From a virus (taxonomy: Duplodnaviria; Caudoviricetes): a stretch of DNA of 64,000 bases. The notes beneath the pieces were generated by a model. The model saw only the letters and a list, made by a program, of their open reading frames with translations, had not been told where the DNA came from and did not search any database. A program made the position numbers and the translations under genes. The stretch lies in IMG/VR virus record IMGVR_UViG_3300026258_000271, positions 64,001 to 128,000 of that record; one strand, 5' to 3'. Every line of letters begins with the position of its first letter. The first letter of the stretch is position 1. This document shows positions 13,301 to 20,941 of this stretch, piece after piece.

Positions 13301-16300
13301 GATAAGAACTAGATCTTCTCCATGCTGTCTCCGCCGGCGCCTGATCACCAAACTTCCAGGTTCGTGCTCGTCCGGGAACATCAAGATTGCTGATCAAACC
13401 TATTGCTAATGGGTCTAACAAGTTTCCTGATGCATCTACAGGAATGTAAGTTCTAATGCTTGGTTTGCCATACCTGCCTGGTTCCGTCGCTATTGCATTC
13501 CATAGTATGTCATTACCCGCTGTGTACGGAGCAACACCGTAAGTGTCGTCCCAAGTGCTTGGTTTTTCAGAGTGTCCCAACATCTCCCATGGTCTGGTGT
13601 GTGGTGAATCCGTGTCATAAAAATATTTGTAGATACCTCTCCAGTAGCCTGGCAGTTTATTTTGGTTGAGCCTGTCTGTGCTGTTTGCATAATTGTATGT
13701 AAACGGTGATCCTTCTGAAAATACTGTGTTGTTGATATATTGCACATTGTTACGTCCTGCCCAGTTGTAAAAATCTGGACCCATTATATCATCTATTTCA
13801 CTGAAACTGTACTCAGTTGAGGTGAATGCACTAGGCATCACTTCCGACACATCCAATAATGTGTTATCATATTCTACTTTACAGTTGTTGTAAATTCTTT
13901 TCTCTAACTCTAAAATCAAATCATCTCGTTCATCGCCGTAGGCTTTTATTATAGAACCGTCGTGTCTTCTGATAGCATTTGTAGTTGTGATGTATGTGTT
14001 ATCGCTGAAAAGTTCTGGTTTGAACTTAGGATACATTCCAAGTTTAGTTGGACTAGATGGCAAATAACTTCCAGTGGTGTCACTGTAATCTTTGATTTTT
14101 AATATATCTCCAACGGCAACAGTTGTTGAAAGTGTGATACTGTCATCTTCAGTGCTGAATGTATATTCTGATCCATGAACCAGTTGCACATCATTTTTGT
14201 AAACGTAAACTGCTCTGTTGCTCAATGTTGTTAAGTTGTGTTGTGAATCTAGGGCAAATTCTTTTTGAGATGTTCCCTGCACTGTGATTGTTCTTGTTGA
14301 AACATTTTCACCCCAACCAATCATATCGTCGTAATAGAAAGGAAAACTGCTGTTCTTGCCTAGGTTAATCGCTGATATTATTTCGTCAACTCTGTCAGCA
14401 GGCACGCCTTCGTACGCTGAACCTGTTGCATGTGTCAAGAAAGAATTGTACCATTTTTCGTACTCTCGGTTAACATAATCAATGGCCGTAATTGCATTTG
14501 CCTCTTGGTCCGTCAAATTGAATATCGCAGGTACCAAGGACGCTTCGTGTTGTACGATGGTACCACCGTTGAGTCTGCTGTCAGGCTTGTCCCTGAGGTT
14601 TGTTACTCCGGGAATTGCACCAGTGACATCTGTATTCTTTTCTAAAATATCCGTTGTGTGTTTCAAAATCTGACCATAAGTGAAAGTGCCAACTGTTGAA
14701 TTCAGTGCATTGATAGATAAATTTTCAGGCACCTCGTAAATTCCTTTGCCGGCAACCTTGTTAGCACTGCTGTAACCAGCAATCCTAATTTGATCATTCA
14801 CTTTCAATTCATCCACAAATCTCACATATTTGTTCGTGGAACCATCTACTAGTGTGTAATCTGTTGTAAGTGATTTTTGAACACCGTTTACACTTACGGA
14901 AATTTCGAGATCGGTAAGTGATGCCGAATTTTCATAGAAGTCTATTGGAAAAAGTCTCTTCTCGGTAGCATCAACAATAGCCGTCCTTATGACACGCTGT
15001 TTAGATTCACTTGTACGTTTTATCCATGCACTTTTATTATTGTGAGATTGCAAACTTGTTGTGTAGTGTAGATGACCTTCTGCTTGATCCTTGGTTTTTG
15101 TCGTACCATCTTGCTGATATGTAAATGTTCCTGCTGTGTGATCCGACTCGAATACAATATCTCCAACATTGTTAATTGTGTTGTATTTTACTTTGATGCC
15201 AAGCACAGTGTCCGTTGTCGCTGTATCTGAAGTCGCGTATGCAAAAATCTTTGCACCTGTGAACGTTGAGTTTGGATAGGTTGTTGCATCATCAAACAGC
15301 ACGTGGTTGTTGTCGTAAAGATTGAACAAAGGCTGTTGGTTTAATTTTGTTTTCTGTTGTGTTGCCACCCATAGTGTACTTGCTTCATCGTAGTAATACG
15401 AATTTCCTTTATTTTCGGTGCCTTGTTTCACAAAAATGTTTTCTTTATCTTGCGCCGTACCATTTACCTCTTCTGTCAGTGTCAATGACAACACTGATGA
15501 ATCACCAGCATCCACAAAGTTTGCAACGTATATTTTATTTCTTACCAATGGATCTGTGTCAGCAGAGAAAACCACACGCATACCGTCCGTGATTGCCACG
15601 CCGTCGATTATGTAACCAAATGTTCCAGAAACGTTACTCATCGCATCTTTCTGTGTTGTGTCAAACAAGTCCACAGGTGTCTTTGCAACTGTTCCTGAAT
15701 TGTATAACGCAAGTCCTGAATCGAATTCTATAATCGGTCTTTTGGCACGAGCAGTTTCGTCTAATGCTGTTGTTGTTCCGTTGATAGCATTGGCTCTTTC
15801 TATCACAGACCTATGGAACCATCTGTTGTATCTAGTCCATGCATTCAAATCCCTAGAATCTCTCTTGATTGTGATGTAGTCCTTGTCCACCGGAACACCA
15901 TCGTCTGCATAACTTTCGGGTGTTGCCAGGTTTGACACATCAGTAATTGTTATTGCATCTCCTACACCTTCAACATAATATTCTTTTCCTTGATAAGCAC
16001 TGGCCACTTTGCTTGAAGTGAATTTGATCTTCATGCCGTTTGACAGTTGTAGGTTACGCAATTTGTAATTTTTCGTTCCTACTATATCATCCTCTACATC
16101 AATATTTGTAGTACTTGCAACAGTGTGAATGTTTATCAGTCCGTACATGTTCTCATGATTTCCACACTGATAATACAACTTGTTTGGTGCATTGTTTGGA
16201 ATAACAAACGTGACTGTTCCTTCACTGGCTCCATTATTTGTAACACCTGATGTGTACAAAGTCGAAGACGAACCATCCGATGCCACTTGATCCTTTCTTG

Positions 16301-17000
16301 GTTCTGTCATTATGTAGAACGGATGTCCTTTTGCGTTCACTTTGAATTTGTATGTGTTGCCCCTGTAAAGTATAAGTTCTGAATTCCTCTCATTGCCTAG
16401 ATGTGGGAAATGCCAGGCTTTGCCAGAACTTCCGTCGTCCGGCAATGCTTTCACATCGTATTCTGCTTCCGCACCTGTGCCGGCAGAGTCTATTTCTATG
16501 CAGTCAGGTCCGTTACTCAACCAATAGTATTCCCTGTAATTGATCAATTTGTCTAAATCTACTGCTGGGTTCCAACTGTAAACATTGCCTTTGTTGAGCC
16601 TGTCGTGGTTGTTTACCTTTCCTCCTAGGTACTTGATCTGATTAAGATAATCATCGTATGTGCCTGTGAACTTTACTTGGTCTTCTGGGTTGACTGAAGT
16701 TGTGTCTTTGTCTGTATAAGTTACAGCAGGTTCTAGTTGATAGGTATATCTATCAGCACTTGTGGCAGTCAGATATCTGTCAGTCACTTTTCTTGTGTAT
16801 GCGTCTTGTCTGCCTACAAATCCGTCCAATCTCTCCAACGAACCTTTTTGCACCAACGGATCCAAAGTGCTTGACAGGAATCTTTGGTTTGAATCAGTTC
16901 TGTAGAATGAGGGTAGATGTTGAACAGTTCTTCTGTATTCGTTGTTGCCCTGTTTTACAACTTCTTCGTTTGTTGTTGAGTTAGTAGGTGTGTCAGCCAT
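4344..17000 (-). CDS. Giant baseplate wedge/structural protein (4218 aa, possibly gp7-like)
   Basis: Uninterrupted 12.6 kb ORF coupled to gp6. Contains a cupredoxin-like segment, FG-GAP-like propeller repeats, a GGSGY..PTVTI repeat, EVKPFHTKLREY and GDGxTxxF repeats. Confidence 0.8.
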   Translation of the reverse strand: MADTPTNSTTNEEVVKQGNNEYRRTVQHLPSFYRTDSNQRFLSSTLDPLVQKGSLERLDGFVGRQDAYTRKVTDRYLTATSADRYTYQLEPAVTYTDKDTTSVNPEDQVKFTGTYDDYLNQIKYLGGKVNNHDRLNKGNVYSWNPAVDLDKLINYREYYWLSNGPDCIEIDSAGTGAEAEYDVKALPDDGSSGKAWHFPHLGNERNSELILYRGNTYKFKVNAKGHPFYIMTEPRKDQVASDGSSSTLYTSGVTNNGASEGTVTFVIPNNAPNKLYYQCGNHENMYGLINIHTVASTTNIDVEDDIVGTKNYKLRNLQLSNGMKIKFTSSKVASAYQGKEYYVEGVGDAITITDVSNLATPESYADDGVPVDKDYITIKRDSRDLNAWTRYNRWFHRSVIERANAINGTTTALDETARAKRPIIEFDSGLALYNSGTVAKTPVDLFDTTQKDAMSNVSGTFGYIIDGVAITDGMRVVFSADTDPLVRNKIYVANFVDAGDSSVLSLTLTEEVNGTAQDKENIFVKQGTENKGNSYYYDEASTLWVATQQKTKLNQQPLFNLYDNNHVLFDDATTYPNSTFTGAKIFAYATSDTATTDTVLGIKVKYNTINNVGDIVFESDHTAGTFTYQQDGTTKTKDQAEGHLHYTTSLQSHNNKSAWIKRTSESKQRVIRTAIVDATEKRLFPIDFYENSASLTDLEISVSVNGVQKSLTTDYTLVDGSTNKYVRFVDELKVNDQIRIAGYSSANKVAGKGIYEVPENLSINALNSTVGTFTYGQILKHTTDILEKNTDVTGAIPGVTNLRDKPDSRLNGGTIVQHEASLVPAIFNLTDQEANAITAIDYVNREYEKWYNSFLTHATGSAYEGVPADRVDEIISAINLGKNSSFPFYYDDMIGWGENVSTRTITVQGTSQKEFALDSQHNLTTLSNRAVYVYKNDVQLVHGSEYTFSTEDDSITLSTTVAVGDILKIKDYSDTTGSYLPSSPTKLGMYPKFKPELFSDNTYITTTNAIRRHDGSIIKAYGDERDDLILELEKRIYNNCKVEYDNTLLDVSEVMPSAFTSTEYSFSEIDDIMGPDFYNWAGRNNVQYINNTVFSEGSPFTYNYANSTDRLNQNKLPGYWRGIYKYFYDTDSPHTRPWEMLGHSEKPSTWDDTYGVAPYTAGNDILWNAIATEPGRYGKPSIRTYIPVDASGNLLDPLAIGLISNLDVPGRARTWKFGDQAPAETAWRRSSSYPFTVVKTLAITKPAKFFSKFFDTSRISTNVSGNEIYSDTGIRTVLNTAKYYLETSTDNNTGITTRYQTAGYQVFVVNHLIGKNLDPKTFYYDKMKKLNVQLAYKLGGFTDKENLKVLTDSVSPGSTSGSKFIPDENYKILFRTSNPVESFEYSGVLIEKNTDTTTSTDGSTVTDVGGYKILGYSTTKPYFRFNYPVKGTNHGKVQAGGSTVVKKYSNFQETVQTIPYGYVFDTIQDVADFLFGYGNYLETQGFKFNKYSNEIKEVLNWGNAVREFLFWTTQTWAPGSAITVSPAADGFELDTSNTVVGKLRNLAGDYSLLDAGGRKIDIREFSTKRIGKTFDLSIKSEDVGLYNVALNTVQKEHILLFDNSTVFSDIIYEAYTGFRQARLKLVGWKTGNWNGDYYAPGFIFDAAQVTRWTTGTDYRIGDSIEYQAKFYVANVNHNSGNEFVSDYWTLKSQKPAPQLIPNFDYKISQFNTFYDLESNNFDESQEQLAQRLTGYQSRDYLENLFVNDVSQYKFYQGYIRQKGTLNAIDKLLKAKYEDSDITLDLYPEWMVRTGEFGNVDSKESIQITLQDSAVNGNPQSIELLDNGSETKQYGRSLAVTKDDLYSKPVEYTASSTFSRLDYTKESVDKDTAQIFKTAGYPQLQQVQHTAFNIEDLLNLDVNAITNNDLIWVANKENKDWDVFRLTNANFKIANLSTSEGGTQLRIAFTDSHGLSAGTPSQEADYFAISNSEATSLNRVFKVQSTPDHKTVEIEYDDNISFIPTLVDGSTADSYGNIYKFISVRMSSMDNVNDRLNYSVFRDKNDSLAVQGDKAYTDADSSGLWRVYEKQDPYTQLRILTPDSATSNQEFGHKIVARNDGRSAVISAPGKGQGELHFLFRSSHSAGTTYSVQSTVTMTDNDDNTSRLGESLSISTDENFVVAGAPYTNTVDSDGSTRQIDSGLVKTFVWDPATFKYGLLGTVNPPTDGSSSNENLNFGWAHKISEPGVLSKRDTATKYLFVSAPGHAGDNGRVYVYTWGIGADGSTYDTWTLDYTLEAPSAGEGHRFGHRLEANDNADILAVSSLAPGQAGKVEIFIRTSQSDDGSTQNSFALAQTLTGVPLDGSTLNTKFGDSIAMSKDGTTLVIGAPGLDLTDSPDRGAVYIYKWNRDGSTNTYTLDQTINEPDEVSEGKFGSALSINQAGTRLIIGAEKSSNSREMKFDSGETTFDLQDTRIVDTNAGSGAAYTATVYNTKFVLDDKLISDEVSSFDDFGKGVCIIDNNVFVGAPFDEGNPNLTNDGTVYGYDCTVENEYAWKNITTETALIDIEKLGQVFDFNNSTKQIRDYYDLYDPVKGRILGVADREINIKSPWDPAVYNTGNNANTKTPWAENHIGEVWWDLSTVKWIWYEQDDQEYKYNNWGKIFPGSSIDIYEWTESTLTPDEWNDLSGTQQGLANEVTGIANTDFTQTQIYNSKIDTFVSYFYYWVKNRSSIPRNTVVQRKNTSAFVSNAIKDPKAVDIKHFAITDTNKFYIYGVNDLINDSIVLNVDVRTNNFDGQGHSVWKLVREGDPDFRPSTQIEQGWWDSLVGKNTAGDAVPDIDLPLNQRYGNRIRPRQSWYLDRYTALKELIDYANTVLKKNQLSGLIKLGNLDSKEPEPTTASGEFDATVDTYADLSYINTADISGTVNYLVKADETANNYWSIYQWDGTSWNRTRIQTYNTSRYWSYTDWYGTDPDVHEMIHDENTPIDKQVTFQYELDTLDMAIGKHVKVTNADTGGWKLFMKTATGWTNVGTENGTIRLSTKLYDYTQDGTGFAGGDNFDDNTFDQEPVEETRKILTALRDDLFINDLAVEYNTLFFTGLRRVLSEQSYVDWMFKTSFITAVNKVRTFSQRKTYTTGTDSWIEDYINEVKPFHTKLREYKLGYNAPEQHDGVITDFDNPPFYDASVSKIRRLNVQTDTDKLTQYPWQLWYDYHKKHAKSITVYHGGSGYVRVPTVTITGDDSVSATATATIDGGKVTGITVTGVGFGYSTTPTITITGGLADGSTPTDVAKAYVNLNNDLVRDFDTTIKFDRISSSSTVVHWAANTTYKYGTLLRYENQLYKVTNEFTSTTDFDDGINSMYKYYGDESGLTAADRILGFYTPTSGMPGNELSQVMSGVDYGGTMVTGLLFNQSQGWDNSAWYDYPWDNYGLSRTVPFLADGTTKSYTFDTAPASGEVYHVYVSENDSTRRKLSDVFTGDGSTTTFVLSESQNANALVEFIPADDDGVLTPTDDRTLDSIVKGGLFTKDGLYGSALGSAPSDINVDGDEFISSTTSYAPEEVVPGQIFDTLDIKVYTTPTSGAPYISDRIYRGDGTTTTFGIGDHPGTIGSITVSVDGVVKKLTTDYTVDVGAKTITFTTAPDPLSVIATKTFAISGRDFAVLDQFSGDGSTTQFTSSSREDFNLDSTLAELYVTIDGVPTTAFTTTTTTPEFGDLSTTKIGNTLVLTFNSAPSSGAFIQVAGFMRGTDTFTGRSHMRMRNEEITYDGSTTHVLTYPPGAIRPFTGLTLVEVNGKMLRAPDTTYYNGDGSTYTYGVTNGLLDDSTVDPAKTITSADQVEVHVNGSIKTLTTDYTVDLVNQNINFVSGKVPTADQMISITTLVDHHYSIDESNRLVLNTSQIASDGYTLNINDKMAVTTFNNAIGMNLRREVLEGRSDGVYKTYFTPSNSTYMYVWLNGQSLVQNHDFTLSGNTITVIGRTMTQADRLDILYFALPTIADAVGYRIFKDMMNRTFYKRISKAHTTELVETLATDDTEIKVANGSALANPQPVVGLDGSTVSTIIPGVVFVDKERIEYFTKSGNTLGQLQRGTLGTGIKDHGSGAKVVDASGTQTIPYVDTVYTNTFISDGSTATFTISQVPSVSQHTGKPDVDIFIGGQRLLYESEDGSTINYSVDGSTPSVTLSSVPAISTQIKILHKRGQVWTTPADGNPADGKGLQGSTTQQAKFIADEPTNSPE

Positions 17001-20000
17001 TAATATCCTGCCCCACTACTGCCAGTTGATGAACTGGAACCTGTTGTAGTAGAGCCTGATACTGCTGATCCTGTTGTGGTGTTCGACGTGGCAGTTGATG
17101 TTGATGTTACAACAGTGCCAGATGCCTCCAATTGGTTGGCTCCTAGTGCTGTTATAATCGACACATCATCAACGGTGGCCCCACTGATGAAAATTTCGTC
17201 TGCCGCCGAATTGATCTGAAACAGAGAACCAAAAACTTGTCCTTGTTCATTAGGCACTATCACTACTGTAAGCAAGTCTGGTGCCAACTGATTGTGTATA
17301 TACGCGGCTAATTCTGTAAAGTAAAATGCATCTCCAAAGTCCCAATTATCCAACGCAAAAAATTCATTGATTGCGGCTATAACCCTTGTCTTGATCACTG
17401 CGTCAGATACTTTAGTTTGTGAGTTCTTCACAACTTTGAAAGTTGCCTGCAGTTGTTCTTCTGCATTTTTGCCAAATAAAATTTTGTATTTTACCGGATG
17501 GTATATTATTTGGTCGGACAACGATTTCAAAGGATTCAAAATTCCTGAATAGTTTATTCTCAACTGATCTGATGTTGATGCAGAAGGTTTTGTTCCGCCG
17601 TCCTGTAACCAAATCCTAAATCTGTTATCATATGTTCGTTCTAGCAAGTATGTGTCAACAATGTTAGACACGCTAGGATCTATTCTTGTTTCTTGTCCTG
17701 CATGATGCTTGTATTGGAAGTCTATGGAACTTCTACCTTTCCTTGCATAATAATCTGTTGTTGTTGCCATAGTGTTTGTTGAAAGTGTGTATTTCTTAAT
17801 AACATCCTCACTGGTATCATAAAAATAAAATAATTGTCCATCAGTGTAAGTGGCAGTGTTTAGGTCTATATCTGTTTCGTTTTGTGTCACAACAAAATTT
17901 GTTGCGGCATACGGTCTGAATCTTTCGATACTGTCATAAGATAGATATTTTTCATAAAAAACAAATTTTGTCGATTCCGCTGTGCTAGGTTCTATGAATA
18001 TGTCGAACAGTTCCGGATTGTCAACAACACCGTCATCATCATCATCGAGGAATCCAACCTTCACTTTTCTGTTATCTTGATATCCATCTGCCTCTTTTAC
18101 AGTGTCAACAACTTGCCACAGCAACGGATATCCTATTGCGTTTCCTGTTGAAACAATGCTATTTGTTTTTAAAATTTTTACTGTGTCTTTGACTGTCTTA
18201 CCAGTTTTATAATCGTAGATTTTTTCATCTAGATCGAAGTGAAACTTGTTCTGTGATTCTGATTCAAAAATGTATTCTAGTGATCTGTAATGCACAGTAT
18301 AGGTGTTTCCGTCATTTGTAAATTTAAACCAATGACTAGCATCTTTATTTGTGCCGGAAGTGTTTCCTTGATTGGTAAGGCTGAATGCTGTGCTAGAACT
18401 TAAATTTGTTGATGTGATAACTTTCCATGACTGAGACTCAATATCGTATCTTAGACCAAATTCTTCAAACGCTTCGATTCTGTCGATAATGTCTGCTTCA
18501 AGAGTTGCCGAAAACGAGGTTGTAAAAGTTGGTATAACAACACTCACAACTGATCCATTTGGAATAATACCATTCAGTGTTATTGGACCTAAACCTGATG
18601 ATAGATTTCCTGTTCCGGAGTTGCTTCCGTCTCCCACTACACCTGATATCTTTGCCCACTGTCTATCTTCTGCGTTTTCTGTGCCGGCCGTAACTAATTT
18701 GTTGTTTAAAAATTCTCTGGTGTCTGGAGATGTAAATTTAACTAATGCTCCTGTTTTTACATATTTCAAATTTGATGTTGCAGAATCACCCACTGCCAAT
18801 GCACCACCTGACGTGAAATATCCAGTGTTTGTATTTGTTGTTGTGGTAGTCGAGTTCCATGTTGCTGTCAATGATGACAGGTCCTGCGTACTATATTTTT
18901 CATAATAGAAATGTCGAGAATATGCAGTTTTTAATTTTGCTTCTATACTTGTATTGAGCGTAGATTGAATATCGCTTCTGTTATTAAAACTGAAAGTGAA
19001 TGAAGGATTGCTTTCTTCTCTATACAATATTCCGTCCTCTGCAAACACATTCACGTTTGAATACGCACCTGTTGGATCTAGTATTTCTTTTGCCCTGCTG
19101 ATTCCTGATGCTGATCTGTTCACTGATCTTGTTTTGACTATCTCTTGCGATGCACTCAAAGGTACCACTTGGTAGTCCTCTGCTGTGATCATTCTGTCCT
19201 GAGAGTAGTATACCTGTCCTGCTTTTTCCCTAATAGAAGCATTAGACTCTGTTGCTGAAGCATTGTATATTGAACCTTTAAGACTCATTGTGATTGTTAG
19301 ACTTTGATTGGCCCCGTTTGCGTCAACATATGGAACATCTATTTGAATGTTCTGCATGTCAGCAGGTTGTAAGGCGTACTTGGCATTGTCACTGACTCTG
19401 TAGTATGCTCTGAAAGATCCTAGAGGTAAGTTTGAAAAGTTTCCGTCTCCAAAAACAAGATCTACTGTGTCATTGTTTTTAGTGACAACATTGTAAATGT
19501 CTCTAACACTTTTTGATAATGAATTGTAGATTGCATTGTTTCCCGTAAGTGAAGGGACCTTTGTCCATTCCTGTTCAATCTGCCCAAATTGGTCTATTCC
19601 ATACAGCCACACATCTGAATCATTGATGTTCTCAACTGAAATAGATTTCACATAATTTGTCACTGCATTGTTTACTGTGAAATCATCATTCCGTAAAGTG
19701 CCCTGTTTGAATAAGAAGAAAAATCCTGTGCTGTTTGAACTGTCACCAGAACCGTCGTTTCTGTAAACATACGTCAGGCCTGTGCCCTCTATTGGTGCAG
19801 TCTCATAGATTGATTCACTGTCACTAATTGCAGACGATACAATCTCAAAATCCCTGGCAATACCACCTACAGTTTTTGAAAAATTAAAAATAGGCAATCC
19901 ATTTTGATTGGATGCAAATGTGTACAATTCTGTGTCAACTCCTCCAATGGTATCTTTGTCTCTGGGTTTGCCAAAAATTTGTCCAGTTTGATTCGCCGCA

Positions 20001-20482
20001 TTCATTATCGCCGTGAACTGTTCTCTGTAATTAGAATTTGCTGAATCGTTCCATATTATAGTTGAGTTTGCAAGATTTGTGCCTGTTGAATCTCTCACAT
20101 CTTGTGTTGTTGATATTGCATCAATCTTCAGAAGTCCAGTTGCGGGTTTGTTTCTTTTGGCGTTGTAATTTATAAGTCTTGCTAATCTTAAAACAGAGTT
20201 TCTTCTCTCTGCTGTCTCTAGGAAATTTTCTCTTGCATTGAGGTCAACTCTGAAACTTAAAGCCTGTGCGATGTAGGCAATAAGATCTATAAGTGCAACA
20301 TACTCAGAACTCTCTACAAAATCATTGAAATCATCTGGATAGTTCTCCTGTAGATATGCTACCATTGTTCTTCTCAATGTTTCAAAATCGTATGATTTGA
20401 AATCTGCCTGTTGGAAAGCCTGGTAGATCTTTCTCCAATCTTCCGCTACAAGTAATCTGTTCTGTCTATCTGTTGTGGCCAT
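17000..20482 (-). CDS. gp6: Baseplate wedge subunit (T4 gp6-like)
   Basis: SYDFETLR..ENFLETAERRNSVLRLA, LVFGDG, QDRMITAEDY; follows gp25. Confidence 0.85.
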   Translation of the reverse strand: MATTDRQNRLLVAEDWRKIYQAFQQADFKSYDFETLRRTMVAYLQENYPDDFNDFVESSEYVALIDLIAYIAQALSFRVDLNARENFLETAERRNSVLRLARLINYNAKRNKPATGLLKIDAISTTQDVRDSTGTNLANSTIIWNDSANSNYREQFTAIMNAANQTGQIFGKPRDKDTIGGVDTELYTFASNQNGLPIFNFSKTVGGIARDFEIVSSAISDSESIYETAPIEGTGLTYVYRNDGSGDSSNSTGFFFLFKQGTLRNDDFTVNNAVTNYVKSISVENINDSDVWLYGIDQFGQIEQEWTKVPSLTGNNAIYNSLSKSVRDIYNVVTKNNDTVDLVFGDGNFSNLPLGSFRAYYRVSDNAKYALQPADMQNIQIDVPYVDANGANQSLTITMSLKGSIYNASATESNASIREKAGQVYYSQDRMITAEDYQVVPLSASQEIVKTRSVNRSASGISRAKEILDPTGAYSNVNVFAEDGILYREESNPSFTFSFNNRSDIQSTLNTSIEAKLKTAYSRHFYYEKYSTQDLSSLTATWNSTTTTTNTNTGYFTSGGALAVGDSATSNLKYVKTGALVKFTSPDTREFLNNKLVTAGTENAEDRQWAKISGVVGDGSNSGTGNLSSGLGPITLNGIIPNGSVVSVVIPTFTTSFSATLEADIIDRIEAFEEFGLRYDIESQSWKVITSTNLSSSTAFSLTNQGNTSGTNKDASHWFKFTNDGNTYTVHYRSLEYIFESESQNKFHFDLDEKIYDYKTGKTVKDTVKILKTNSIVSTGNAIGYPLLWQVVDTVKEADGYQDNRKVKVGFLDDDDDGVVDNPELFDIFIEPSTAESTKFVFYEKYLSYDSIERFRPYAATNFVVTQNETDIDLNTATYTDGQLFYFYDTSEDVIKKYTLSTNTMATTTDYYARKGRSSIDFQYKHHAGQETRIDPSVSNIVDTYLLERTYDNRFRIWLQDGGTKPSASTSDQLRINYSGILNPLKSLSDQIIYHPVKYKILFGKNAEEQLQATFKVVKNSQTKVSDAVIKTRVIAAINEFFALDNWDFGDAFYFTELAAYIHNQLAPDLLTVVIVPNEQGQVFGSLFQINSAADEIFISGATVDDVSIITALGANQLEASGTVVTSTSTATSNTTTGSAVSGSTTTGSSSSTGSSGAGY

Positions 20483-20524
20483 TGTAATTACAATGGTATT
20501 TATATGTTAGGAAATGTGCGTATA

Positions 20525-20941
20525 TTAAGATAGACGCAATAGTGCGTTCTCATCGAAATTGAATCGTAGTTTCTCTGTGATGTTTAATGGCACATAAGTG
20601 ATAGTGGCCTGTATTGCAATGCCTTTGTCCGCTTCTGAGACCAGTATATCCTCTGTGGATAGTCTTGGATCAGCGTTGAGATTCGCTGTGATGTCATCTA
20701 TGATTGCTTCTTTCAATTGCTCGGTAAATGGCTCAAATATGGCGTCATATATTATCGTGCCAAATTCAGGGTTTTCAACACGTTCGCCCTTTCTCACACT
20801 CAATCTGTTGATCAGGTCCTGTTTCGCCACTTCGAAGTCGTAAATTTTGAAGTTCTGCTTGTCAGCACGTGAACTGAAACCTTTGAACGTAACAGATTTG
20901 TTAGATGTGTTGTTTGCTGATCCTCCGTCTCCGTATGCCAT
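20525..20941 (-). CDS. gp25: Baseplate wedge subunit / sheath initiator (gp25-like)
   Basis: KGERVENPEFGTIIYDAIFEP..DPRL motif. Confidence 0.9.
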   Translation of the reverse strand: MAYGDGGSANNTSNKSVTFKGFSSRADKQNFKIYDFEVAKQDLINRLSVRKGERVENPEFGTIIYDAIFEPFTEQLKEAIIDDITANLNADPRLSTEDILVSEADKGIAIQATITYVPLNITEKLRFNFDENALLRLS

